Shown here: piece by piece, positions 9,285-16,492 of the stretch
Position numbering within the stretch: the stretch's first letter is position 1
Layout of the letters: each line of letters begins with the position of its first letter
Origin: a virus
Lineage: Duplodnaviria > Caudoviricetes
Strand: one strand, 5' to 3'
DNA length: 54,628 nt
IMG/VR virus record: IMGVR_UViG_3300009111_000007
Location: 1 to 54,628 of that record
Notes under the pieces: generated by a model
What the model was told of the DNA's origin: nothing
What the model saw: only the letters and a program-made list of their open reading frames with translations
Database searches by the model: none
Made by a program: the position numbers and the translations under genes

Positions 9285-10087
9285 GCCTGACCCTTGCCCA
9301 GCTCAAGGCGATCATGCCCCGGCTGCCGGCCGCCAAGGCCGAGCTCTACCTGCCGCACCTTGTGGCGGCTCTGGAGGAGTTCGACATCGACAGCCCGGCC
9401 CGCGTGGCCGCCATCCTCGCCCAGCTCGGACACGAGTCCGGGGACCTCTGCCTGTGGGAAGAGCTGCCGCACCGCAGGTCCGTCAGGGGATGCCGACTTT
9501 GCACTGTGCTGGCCGGAGCGCACGCGGTTTTCCCTGGCCACGCTGCCGGAGCTCAGTACGAGGGCCGGAAGGATCTCGGCAACACCGATCCCGGGGACGG
9601 GGAGGAGTTCAAGGGCCGCTGCCCGGTCCAGCTCACCGGGCACGAGAACTATGAGCTGGCGAGCGCAGCTCTCTACCCCCACGCCTTTGTCTGCGGCACC
9701 TGTCGGACTACCTTCGAAACGGCCGGCGGCGCGTGTGGTCAGTGCGGCAAGCAACTTGTGCGGCTGCTGGTGGCCCAGCCCGAGCAGCTTCTTCGCCCGG
9801 AGGTCGGCTTTCGGGTGTCCGGGTGGTTCTGGGCCTCTGGCTGGCACGGACCTGTGCTCCGACGCTCGAGGCGCCCGGCATGGTTGTCCGAGAAACCTTT
9901 CTCGCTCAACATGTTGGCGGATCTGGCGGCCGCCGGCCTTGGCCACACGGTGCAGGCGGGCGACGGGGTGAGCGTGGCGGGGATGCGCGAGGGTTTTGAC
10001 CGCATCACCTGGGCGATCAACGGAGGCTTGAACGGGGCCGATGACCGCTGGTCGCGCTATCTTCGAGCGCGCGAGGTGCTGCAATGA
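9281..10087 (+). CDS. Endolysin, glycoside hydrolase family 19 (chitinase/lysozyme-like)
   Basis: GH19 motifs 'AAILAQLGHESG', 'YEGRKDLGN', 'FKGRCPVQLTGHENY', 'ITWAINGGLNGADDR'. Confidence 0.9.
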   Translation: MSLTLAQLKAIMPRLPAAKAELYLPHLVAALEEFDIDSPARVAAILAQLGHESGDLCLWEELPHRRSVRGCRLCTVLAGAHAVFPGHAAGAQYEGRKDLGNTDPGDGEEFKGRCPVQLTGHENYELASAALYPHAFVCGTCRTTFETAGGACGQCGKQLVRLLVAQPEQLLRPEVGFRVSGWFWASGWHGPVLRRSRRPAWLSEKPFSLNMLADLAAAGLGHTVQAGDGVSVAGMREGFDRITWAINGGLNGADDRWSRYLRAREVLQ

Positions 10088-10593
10088 CCAGGTCCGAGTG
10101 GTCGGTCAAGAATCGCCGCAGGGGCGAGCTGATTGAGCGCGAGGAGGCGGGCACGCTGACTCTGACGGAGGAATCCGAGTTGGCCGAGTTGCAGGAGCTG
10201 GCGGATCGGATCGTGGACAGCTTTTTTGAACGGGCGCAAGCCCACAACCGCCCCAAAGGGGGGCAGGAGCACACCATGCAGGAGAATGACAACCATCCGA
10301 CGGCGGCCGAACTGGCCAACTACCAGACGGCCAGCCAGGCCGTTCGCGAGCACGCTTCCGGCTTTCATTGCGAGAATGGGCCGGCAACATCCGAGCTCGG
10401 CACGACCATGCCGCTCTTCGCGTGGCAGCACCTCCCCGAGCACCTCCAGGAAATCAGCCGGCCGTTCGGCGAGTTGGCCGAGGCCATGGCGAACGCTTTG
10501 CCGAACAACCGCGAACGCACGAAGATGCTCGATCGGTTGCTCGAGGCCAAGGACGCCGCAGTGCGCGCGCGCAAGCTGGCGGAGGTGGCGTGA
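10084..10593 (+). CDS. Phage protein with a C-terminal helical-hairpin domain (possible internal start at 10276)
   Basis: 'FAWQHLPEHLQEISRPFGELAEAM...RERTKMLDRLLEAKDAAVRA' resembles a common small phage protein family. A second AGGAG RBS precedes ATG 10276. Confidence 0.6.
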   Translation: MTRSEWSVKNRRRGELIEREEAGTLTLTEESELAELQELADRIVDSFFERAQAHNRPKGGQEHTMQENDNHPTAAELANYQTASQAVREHASGFHCENGPATSELGTTMPLFAWQHLPEHLQEISRPFGELAEAMANALPNNRERTKMLDRLLEAKDAAVRARKLAEVA

Positions 10594-11393
10594 TGGAAAC
10601 CATCGCGATCACCGAGGCAATTCAGCTCCTCTTCTCACCCAGTGCCGGAGGCATCGCCACCAGCGCGGGCGTCGTCTTCCTCGCCGTCTGGGGAATCCGT
10701 CTGATCGCCGCGACCATGACGCGCTGGTCGCCGCCGTGGTCCGGCGTGGGCCGCTGGCTATCCAGCAACACCGGCGGCTTCGTGCTCGGCGCGCTTCTGA
10801 CCGGGAGCGGAGCTCTGCTCAAGGCCGCCACCTCGGGGCCGATGGACCGGCCCGCCTTGGGTGGCGTCCTGCTGGCCTGGCTTGCCGCAATGGGCCTGTC
10901 GCAGGCGACCAAGCGCGTCCCGGGCCCCGCCCACCTCGAGGCCCGCCGCAAGCTCGTGGCCGGCGGCGCCCTGCTGGCGCTGGTAGTGGGCCTGCTCGCG
11001 CCCCTGCCGGCGTCAGCGAGCACCCGTGTCGTGGTCGAGCCTGACTACCCCGGAGCGCTTCGCCAGGCCCCCGAGCTGGGCGAGATCCTCGACCTGGTTC
11101 CGGGCGTGGGCCTCACCTGCCGGGCGGGCACGTGCGCCCTGGCGCCTCATCTCTGGGGCTCGGTGGCAATTGCGGACGTGGCGCCTGGGTGGACCCTGGG
11201 GCCCGTCCTCGGCGGGGCGGCCATCCTTGAGGGCACGGGGATCACCGGCGCGCTGTCCTTCGGAGGTGGCCTCCAGTTCCCGTGGGGCACGACGGTTCGC
11301 CTCGGGCTAGTGGTGACGGCCGACTACTACCTACCCACCGCCGCGACCCGCGCCGGATTCGGCGGGTCGGCGAGCTGCGGATTTTACTTCTAG
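10593..11393 (+). CDS. Multi-TM membrane protein (holin-like N-terminus) with beta-strand C-terminal domain
   Basis: Three or four hydrophobic helices, then an 'ASA' cleavage-like site and alternating beta-strands ending in Phe. Two genes downstream of the endolysin. Confidence 0.55.
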   Translation: METIAITEAIQLLFSPSAGGIATSAGVVFLAVWGIRLIAATMTRWSPPWSGVGRWLSSNTGGFVLGALLTGSGALLKAATSGPMDRPALGGVLLAWLAAMGLSQATKRVPGPAHLEARRKLVAGGALLALVVGLLAPLPASASTRVVVEPDYPGALRQAPELGEILDLVPGVGLTCRAGTCALAPHLWGSVAIADVAPGWTLGPVLGGAAILEGTGITGALSFGGGLQFPWGTTVRLGLVVTADYYLPTAATRAGFGGSASCGFYF

Positions 11394-11425
11394 GCCGCCC
11401 CGAGCTCCCCCTCCCGGGGTGGCCG

Positions 11426-11467
11426 CGAAGCCCTCGCCAAAGCACCGGCGGGGGCTTCGTCTTGTTG
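11426..11467 (+). terminator. Intrinsic terminator between convergent operons
   Basis: 13-bp stem CGAAGCCCTCGCC/GGCGGGGGCTTCG followed by TCTTGTT; a second hairpin lies at ~11394-11423. Confidence 0.65.
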
Positions 11468-11579
11468 GTGATGCCGGCGGGTCGCGCTCACCCGCTCCTG
11501 CTCTCGCCCGTCAAGGTGGGCCGCTTACGGCCAATACCCCGGGAACCGAGGCTGTGCGTTATTCGCTTACACCACGGCA

Positions 11580-12317
11580 TCAAAACAGTCTTCCTTGCCG
11601 CTCGCACCCGACCGTCCAGATAACCTCCTCGCATCTGGCGACAGCTATTCCGTGCTGGCTACGAAAGGGTTCAAACGGCAGCCAATCCGCGCCGGCCGCC
11701 TCGCACACCAACACTTGGCCCCGCCGTGAGCGGCACCATGTAGCCAGCGCCGCGTAGTCCTTCACCTTCCGGCGGTAGTGCCGCCCGGCCACCATGTAGG
11801 GCGGATCGATGAACCACGTGGATTCCACGTCCGGCGCCGCCGTGTACTCACCCTCGATGATCCGCCAGTGCCGAATGTGCTGGACCTGCTGCGCGACCCT
11901 CTCCCGCATGGCCACCGTCCAACCGCTCACCTGTCGATTACGCCCGAACTCCTCAGCGTTGCGGCGCATCCCGGCCGACAGTGTCGCGCGAGGGGAGTGA
12001 ACCGCCGTCCCAAGATTCAATCCGACCAGCCAACGCGCCTCTTGGGGCACCCAGGCCGGGAGCTCGGCCGTAGACTCCACTGCCGGGATGCGCCGCACCT
12101 CCTCGGCGGTGACGCTCGTCAGATACCGCCACACCCCGGCAACCACCGGGTAGGCGTCCACCAGCGTGACGGCGAGGTGAGCGTAGCGCAGCGCGTATCC
12201 GGCGGCGCCGGCAAAGGGCTCTACAATGTGGCCGTGGCGCGGGCGTGGGTACTTCGGCGCCGAGCGCCACTTTCCGCCATAGTAGCGCCAGAACGGACGC
12301 AGGCTCACTCCCGCCAC
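11580..12317 (-). CDS. DNA adenine (N6) methyltransferase, Dam/D12-like
   Basis: 'YYGGKW', motif I 'EPFAGAAG' and motif IV 'FIDPPY'. Confidence 0.88.
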   Translation of the reverse strand: MAGVSLRPFWRYYGGKWRSAPKYPRPRHGHIVEPFAGAAGYALRYAHLAVTLVDAYPVVAGVWRYLTSVTAEEVRRIPAVESTAELPAWVPQEARWLVGLNLGTAVHSPRATLSAGMRRNAEEFGRNRQVSGWTVAMRERVAQQVQHIRHWRIIEGEYTAAPDVESTWFIDPPYMVAGRHYRRKVKDYAALATWCRSRRGQVLVCEAAGADWLPFEPFRSQHGIAVARCEEVIWTVGCERQGRLF

Positions 12318-12321
12318 GTCA

Positions 12322-12762
12322 TCAACCTGCCCTGCCGCGCGCGTCCGGCGGCACCAGCTTCAGATGGCCCGTCCAGGTGGCCCGTTCGTCTCCGAGAAGC
12401 GCGGCAAGTTGTTGCAAAGCGCTGGCCGCCCATTTCCTTCGCCCCTCCGCGATGCGCCCAAGGCGCCGCTTCTTCCGAATTTCCGCGGTCCGCCCTGCCA
12501 CCAATACCGCAAAGCGAGCGACCTCGCACGCCGCCGACGCTGCCTCGAACCATCCCGCCGCTCGATCGGTGATCGCGGCGGCCTTGTCGGCCTTCGTGGC
12601 GGCGGTGGTTCGGCGGACATCGTAGCCGCCCAGCAAGCTTTCCAGCCGGCGCGTTTCGCGACACTCCGGGCAGGTGGCAAAGGCGATGTCGCGACGCGAG
12701 CGAATCTGTGCAGCCTTGCCGCAATCTCGACACGGGTGGAGAGTTCTCAGAAAGGTGGCCAT
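12322..12762 (-). CDS. Hypothetical zinc-finger protein
   Basis: CRDC...CPEC motif; helical basic C-terminus. Confidence 0.5.
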   Translation of the reverse strand: MATFLRTLHPCRDCGKAAQIRSRRDIAFATCPECRETRRLESLLGGYDVRRTTAATKADKAAAITDRAAGWFEAASAACEVARFAVLVAGRTAEIRKKRRLGRIAEGRRKWAASALQQLAALLGDERATWTGHLKLVPPDARGRAG

Positions 12763-12771
12763 GGTCGTCTT

Positions 12772-13038
12772 CTACCCGCTAAGCTCCGAATCTTCAATCC
12801 TCGCAAGCCCCAACGCGCGCTGGAACTCCTCCGGCAGCCGCTCGCGTGGGGTTGCCCAGACTACGCGCAGCCGGTGCGTTGGTAGCTTGTCCCCGAACAC
12901 GAACCACCGAGCGACGCCGAGCACCGGGTCCTTGGTGTGAGCTAGGCCGAATCTCTGCAGGTCCGAGGCGACTCCGACAACCACGATTTCCGGTTCGCGC
13001 TCCGGGACGGGTGCTCGAAACAGGTCGGCTTGCGTCAT
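12772..13038 (-). CDS. Hypothetical protein
   Basis: ATGA coupling to the upstream gene; fills the operon gap. Confidence 0.5.
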   Translation of the reverse strand: MTQADLFRAPVPEREPEIVVVGVASDLQRFGLAHTKDPVLGVARWFVFGDKLPTHRLRVVWATPRERLPEEFQRALGLARIEDSELSG

Positions 13039-13310
13039 GGCCAGTAGGCGACGGTTCTCGACTGTTGGGCGATGGCCATGACAACCATGTCGGTTGGCAG
13101 CCCCCACGCTGGGCTTTTAGCGAGGTAGGTCACGACGGCAACGACGCAGCGCCCACTGTAAGAGTGGGATTCCGGACTGTATTCGCGCAGGCGCAGTTCG
13201 TCGCCATTTTGGAAGTCGCGGCCATCATCGAGCCGAATTTCGAACGTCTTGCTTCCGTCCCACAGAGCTTGAAACGGATCTGGCCATGTCTTCAGGTCAT
13301 GTAGCGTCAT
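13035..13310 (-). CDS. ASCH/PUA-like domain protein (DUF3850-like)
   Basis: 'HDLKTWPDPFQALWDGSKTFEIRLDDGRDFQNGDELRLREY' matches the GxKxxExR ASCH signature. GGAGG RBS supports a start at 13310. Confidence 0.85.
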   Translation of the reverse strand: MTLHDLKTWPDPFQALWDGSKTFEIRLDDGRDFQNGDELRLREYSPESHSYSGRCVVAVVTYLAKSPAWGLPTDMVVMAIAQQSRTVAYWP

Positions 13311-13323
13311 CGCATCCCTCCGA

Positions 13324-13438
13324 TGGATAGCCCCGGAATCGAACCGAGGCCGCAAGCAGACCGTGAACGCCCAGCGAATGGATAGGCGCCAGCACCTCGC
13401 GGTGTCTGGGGTCTGCTTGGCGGGCTCCATGCTCACCC
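13324..13438 (-). ncRNA. tRNA-like structured RNA with acceptor stem and T-arm, no D-stem, and a long branched helix in place of the anticodon arm
   Basis: GGGUGAGC/GCUAUCC acceptor-like stem (one bulge); T-arm CUCGG-UUCGAUU-CCGGG; 10-bp helix CAAGCAGACC/GGUCUGCUUG enclosing a GCGA-tetraloop hairpin and a second hairpin. Confidence 0.7.
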
Positions 13439-13444
13439 TCGTTT

Positions 13445-13785
13445 ACGCCGTCTCTCCGGCTGTCACGTCTTCGGGTTTCCCGGCCCCTTGTTCCTCGGGT
13501 CGTTCCGCCCTGGCATCACCCCCGACGTTCGGGGACCGCTGATCGGCATAGCGGCGGCGCCTGCTGCCTTCCCGGGCACCATGCTCGGGACATTCGGCTC
13601 CGGAGGCGCCCGGTGGCCCGGCAACCTCCCGTCTCCCGCGCCACTTCCCTGGGCTCCCGGTCTCGTGCCGGGTATCCGCTCCCAAGATCCAGCGCGGTGC
13701 TTCGCGCACGGGGGCTCCGGGACTCCTCCGACTCGCTGGCCACCTGACGCAGTCCGTCGGCCTCTTCAACGCCCCCTTCCTGTGG
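13445..13785 (-). ncRNA. Candidate ~340-nt highly structured non-coding RNA
   Basis: No credible ORF. About ten local hairpins plus long-range helix CGGAGG..CCCGG/CCGGG..CCUCCG. Ends in GUGACA-GCCG-GAGAGA-CGGC. Confidence 0.55.
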
Positions 13786-13788
13786 AAC

Positions 13789-14028
13789 TCATCCGTGCCG
13801 CAGCCGTTGCGCCGAATCGAGCGTCGGCACAGAAACCGCCGTGGCACCAGCCGAACGTTGCCGCATCATTTCATCGGCATAGTCGTAGGCCGAGCGCGCC
13901 AACTCTGCGCGCACCTCCATCAGCGGGGTCGCACTTTTCGGCCCGTGCTCGCCTTCGTTGTCGAGCAGCGGCAATTTGCCGATCAGCGTATGAAGCGCGA
14001 CAGCAGCAAACACATCACGTTCCTGCAT
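13789..14028 (-). CDS. Conserved small phage protein ('RDxFAA...AYxxADxM' family)
   Basis: AAGGAGGAG RBS; 'ERDVFAAVAL...ARSAYDYADEMMRQR'. Confidence 0.75.
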   Translation of the reverse strand: MQERDVFAAVALHTLIGKLPLLDNEGEHGPKSATPLMEVRAELARSAYDYADEMMRQRSAGATAVSVPTLDSAQRLRHG

Positions 14029-14044
14029 TGCGTCTCCTCCTTCA

Positions 14045-14122
14045 TCGTGACGGCGGGGCTCGAACCCGCGGCCTCCCTGGGCAAACCCGCCTGGGGTGCT
14101 CTGCCGACTGAGCTACGTCACT
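14045..14122 (-). tRNA. Atypical tRNA / tRNA-like RNA with a 22-nt anticodon arm and no assignable anticodon
   Basis: Canonical D-arm GCUC-AGUCGGCA-GAGC, T-arm GCGGG-UUCGAGC-CCCGC, acceptor GUGACG/CGUCAC with a 1:72 A-G mismatch. The anticodon arm is 5 nt too long and no CCA is encoded. Confidence 0.75.
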
Positions 14123-14126
14123 TCCA

Positions 14127-14284
14127 CCCCGTCTCTCCGGAGCGTCGCGCCTGATTCCCTTCGGCGCCCATGGGCCGATTCATAACATACCGGCTGCCCG
14201 CCAGTAACGCTGGCGAATCGGTTGCGATGCGTCGTTCACTCACTCGTTGAAGGGCACGGCAAGAACCCCGGCCCCCTCGAGACA
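14127..14284 (-). ncRNA. Candidate ~155-nt structured leader/non-coding RNA
   Basis: Starts just after a sigma70 promoter. Hairpins UUCGCCAG/CUGGCGGG and UCGGC/GCCGA, pairing CCGAUUC/GAAUCGG. Ends in GCGACG-CUCCG-GAGAGA-CGGGG. Confidence 0.5.
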
Positions 14285-14289
14285 ACTGC

Positions 14290-14318
14290 ATCCTACCGCT
14301 CGACGGCCAGCGCGTCAA
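14290..14318 (-). promoter_or_regulatory. Sigma70-type promoter for the RNA cluster
   Basis: TTGACG-N17-TAGGAT; the -35 box overlaps the stop codon of the upstream ORF. Confidence 0.75.
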
Positions 14319-14665
14319 GCCGTCTCGACCTCCACCGCAAGCCATTCGGCGTCCGGCAGCACGCTGCCATTGCGCGCTGCGAAGCGCTCCAACGCCGCCC
14401 ACCTTCTCTGCGCCGACTTCGCCGTCCGTGACGCACAGAGCTTGTCAAGGCTCACGTCACCTGACAGCTCCGTTGCAGCATCACGTCCATCCGCGTCATG
14501 CCAGACCGCGAAGACGTATCCGACTGACCCATCCTCGGTGAGTTGCGGCGTCGGCGGTTTCCGGCCCTCGCCCTTGAGCTCCAGCTCGTCGGTGAGAAGC
14601 CGCCGCACGCCCTTCGCTTTGTTGGCCCGCAGGCCAAACATGAACGCACCTCGCATTTGTCCCAT
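14315..14665 (-). CDS. Hypothetical protein
   Basis: GAGAGGGG RBS before ATG 14665; protein-like composition. Confidence 0.55.
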   Translation of the reverse strand: MGQMRGAFMFGLRANKAKGVRRLLTDELELKGEGRKPPTPQLTEDGSVGYVFAVWHDADGRDAATELSGDVSLDKLCASRTAKSAQRRWAALERFAARNGSVLPDAEWLAVEVETA

Positions 14666-14765
14666 AGTTGTCCCCTCTCCTTGTGGCCACCGCCCCGGGG
14701 CTGAGCGGTGGAAAAGTGTCAGCACCTCTTCCCGACGTGTCGATGCGCATGACGTTGTGCCTCCC

Positions 14766-15230
14766 CTACCACGAATCCCGGATAGAATAGCCCGCGACCG
14801 CATCGTCATGCATCTTCAGCGCCTCCTTCATTTCTGCCTTGAAGTCGAACCCCAGCAAGCAATGGCTGCTGGTCAACGGGCTCGCCCAGCATGAGCCCTC
14901 CGGGTACCCGCCCGGGCCGTCTTCGTCCGCCTTGGCCGGCGTCGTGACGCCGGTCTGCCGCAACACCGCCAGAATGCAGCACGGGCAGTTCGCCGTTGCC
15001 GTGCGCAGCGCCGCCATCCGGGCCGGCCAATCGCTGGTGAGTGCCGGGGCGAAGAAGGCAGCCTTGCCCGCGTCGAGGTGGCTGCTACCAAGCTCGAGCA
15101 GCGCGCACATTCGGCAGACTCGCGCCGGATTGAGCGTGCACGCCGCCTCGTGCCGCTTCATGGCCCACGCCGAGCCGCTCGTCTTGCCGCAGAAGTCGCA
15201 ATAGTACCGTGGACGCATGCGCATCTTCAT
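14766..15230 (-). CDS. Zinc-finger protein
   Basis: 'YYCDFCGK...MKRHEAACTLNPARVCRMC' and 'CPCCILAVLRQ'. Confidence 0.7.
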   Translation of the reverse strand: MKMRMRPRYYCDFCGKTSGSAWAMKRHEAACTLNPARVCRMCALLELGSSHLDAGKAAFFAPALTSDWPARMAALRTATANCPCCILAVLRQTGVTTPAKADEDGPGGYPEGSCWASPLTSSHCLLGFDFKAEMKEALKMHDDAVAGYSIRDSW

Positions 15231-16492
15231 GCATCATTCCCCTTCTTCGGATAGTGCGCACCCACGCGGACGGACTCGGCGTCCACCAGAGCGCCGTTCT
15301 CACGCAGCAACTCGTCCAGTTCGCGGCGCGTCTTGGCGCCCTGCCCCTTGCGCTGCGCTGGGTCCGGAATCGCCACCTCCAGGTAGGCCCGTTCGAGCGC
15401 CGTCACTGGTACATGGTGCCTCGTCGCCTTCAGGAGCAGGTCGCGGGCGGCATCCTCGCCGAGCTTCGCCGCCAGCGGCGCATACAGCCGCCCCTCCACC
15501 GTCTCGCGCTCGCTGTGGGGGTAGGCGCCGAAGACCCGGCCGTTGCCCAGGTCAATCGGCCCCGTGGCGTTCGACACGGCCACAAGGGCAGCGTGCGCCT
15601 GGTCGAGCATCGTCTGCACCGCTTTCATGCGGTGGTAGACCGCAGCTGCGTTGTCCTTCGTCACAAGCAAGCTGCCGTCCGGCTGGACGATTTCAGAGTT
15701 CAGCCGCGCCAGTGCCGTCGCTGGCGCCCGGCACCCCAGCGCCTGCCGACAGTAGGTGCAGTGCTCGCCGTAGACCGGCTCCGGGCGCTTGTCCGGCGGA
15801 AACGCGGCCACCTCATCGATCCGCGCGTAGAGCTCGCGGATGGCGTTCTCGGCCTCGAACAGCCCGGTGGCGTCCAGGTCTTTTTTGTCCCACCGCGGGT
15901 ACTCGCCGCTGGGCATCCAAAGCGGGCCATGCCGTGCCCCCTGAGCGCCAGTCGCCGCGGCGAGCGCCACGGCGTAGATGCGGGTCTGCCAGCACGAGGC
16001 GGCCGGCGCCGGCCGCTGGTGGCCCGTCTTGAGGTCCGGGACCAGTACCCACGGTTGCCCGTTGACCGTCGCGTGCGCGCAGAGGTCAAGCAGGCCAACT
16101 ACCCACCGGCCTTCGAGCGTGGGTAGCCTGGCCGCCGCCAGCGCGTGAGCCCTCTGCCGGGTGAGCCCTTGTCCGAGGACAAAGCCCTCCCCGGTGACGG
16201 GGCAGTAGAGCACGCCCACGCCCCAGGAAAAGGACGCCAGCGGAGCCCCAACAGCGCGCACCAGCCCGTCCGTGTCGAAGCCCGTTGCCCGCTCGAAGTG
16301 CTCCGGTGGCACCTTGGCGAGCGCCGCATCCCACCCCTGGCAAGCAGCATCCTCGGCGAGCTGGTGGAGCGTACTCCCCTCGCTCGCACAGGCGGTTGCT
16401 CGGCTCGCGCGCCCCTCCGGATCCGACGCCCGGATGCAAGTGGCGACGATGCTGGTGCTGCTGGGTGTGACTTCGCAGAGGGTAGCGGTCAT
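15227..16492 (-). CDS. PD-(D/E)xK exonuclease, RecB/Cas4-like (probable RecE-type partner of RecT)
   Basis: 'GSTLH', 'GLLDL', 'VPDLKTG', 'WQTRIYA' and the C-terminal Cys cluster 'GEHCTYCRQALGC'. Confidence 0.8.
   Translation of the reverse strand: MTATLCEVTPSSTSIVATCIRASDPEGRASRATACASEGSTLHQLAEDAACQGWDAALAKVPPEHFERATGFDTDGLVRAVGAPLASFSWGVGVLYCPVTGEGFVLGQGLTRQRAHALAAARLPTLEGRWVVGLLDLCAHATVNGQPWVLVPDLKTGHQRPAPAASCWQTRIYAVALAAATGAQGARHGPLWMPSGEYPRWDKKDLDATGLFEAENAIRELYARIDEVAAFPPDKRPEPVYGEHCTYCRQALGCRAPATALARLNSEIVQPDGSLLVTKDNAAAVYHRMKAVQTMLDQAHAALVAVSNATGPIDLGNGRVFGAYPHSERETVEGRLYAPLAAKLGEDAARDLLLKATRHHVPVTALERAYLEVAIPDPAQRKGQGAKTRRELDELLRENGALVDAESVRVGAHYPKKGNDA

Noticed and set aside
13035-13436. 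Long 133-aa version of the ASCH ORF
   Set aside because: The extension overlaps the tRNA-like RNA; the domain and RBS begin at 13310.
13770-13800. Hammerhead-like 'GAUGAG-UUCC-ACA-GGAA' at the 5' end of the large RNA candidate
   Set aside because: Lacks the CUGA and GAAA core nucleotides required for a hammerhead.
15227-16492. Cas4-like nuclease as evidence of a CRISPR-Cas system
   Set aside because: No repeat-spacer array or other cas gene was seen; its position beside RecT indicates a recombination exonuclease.
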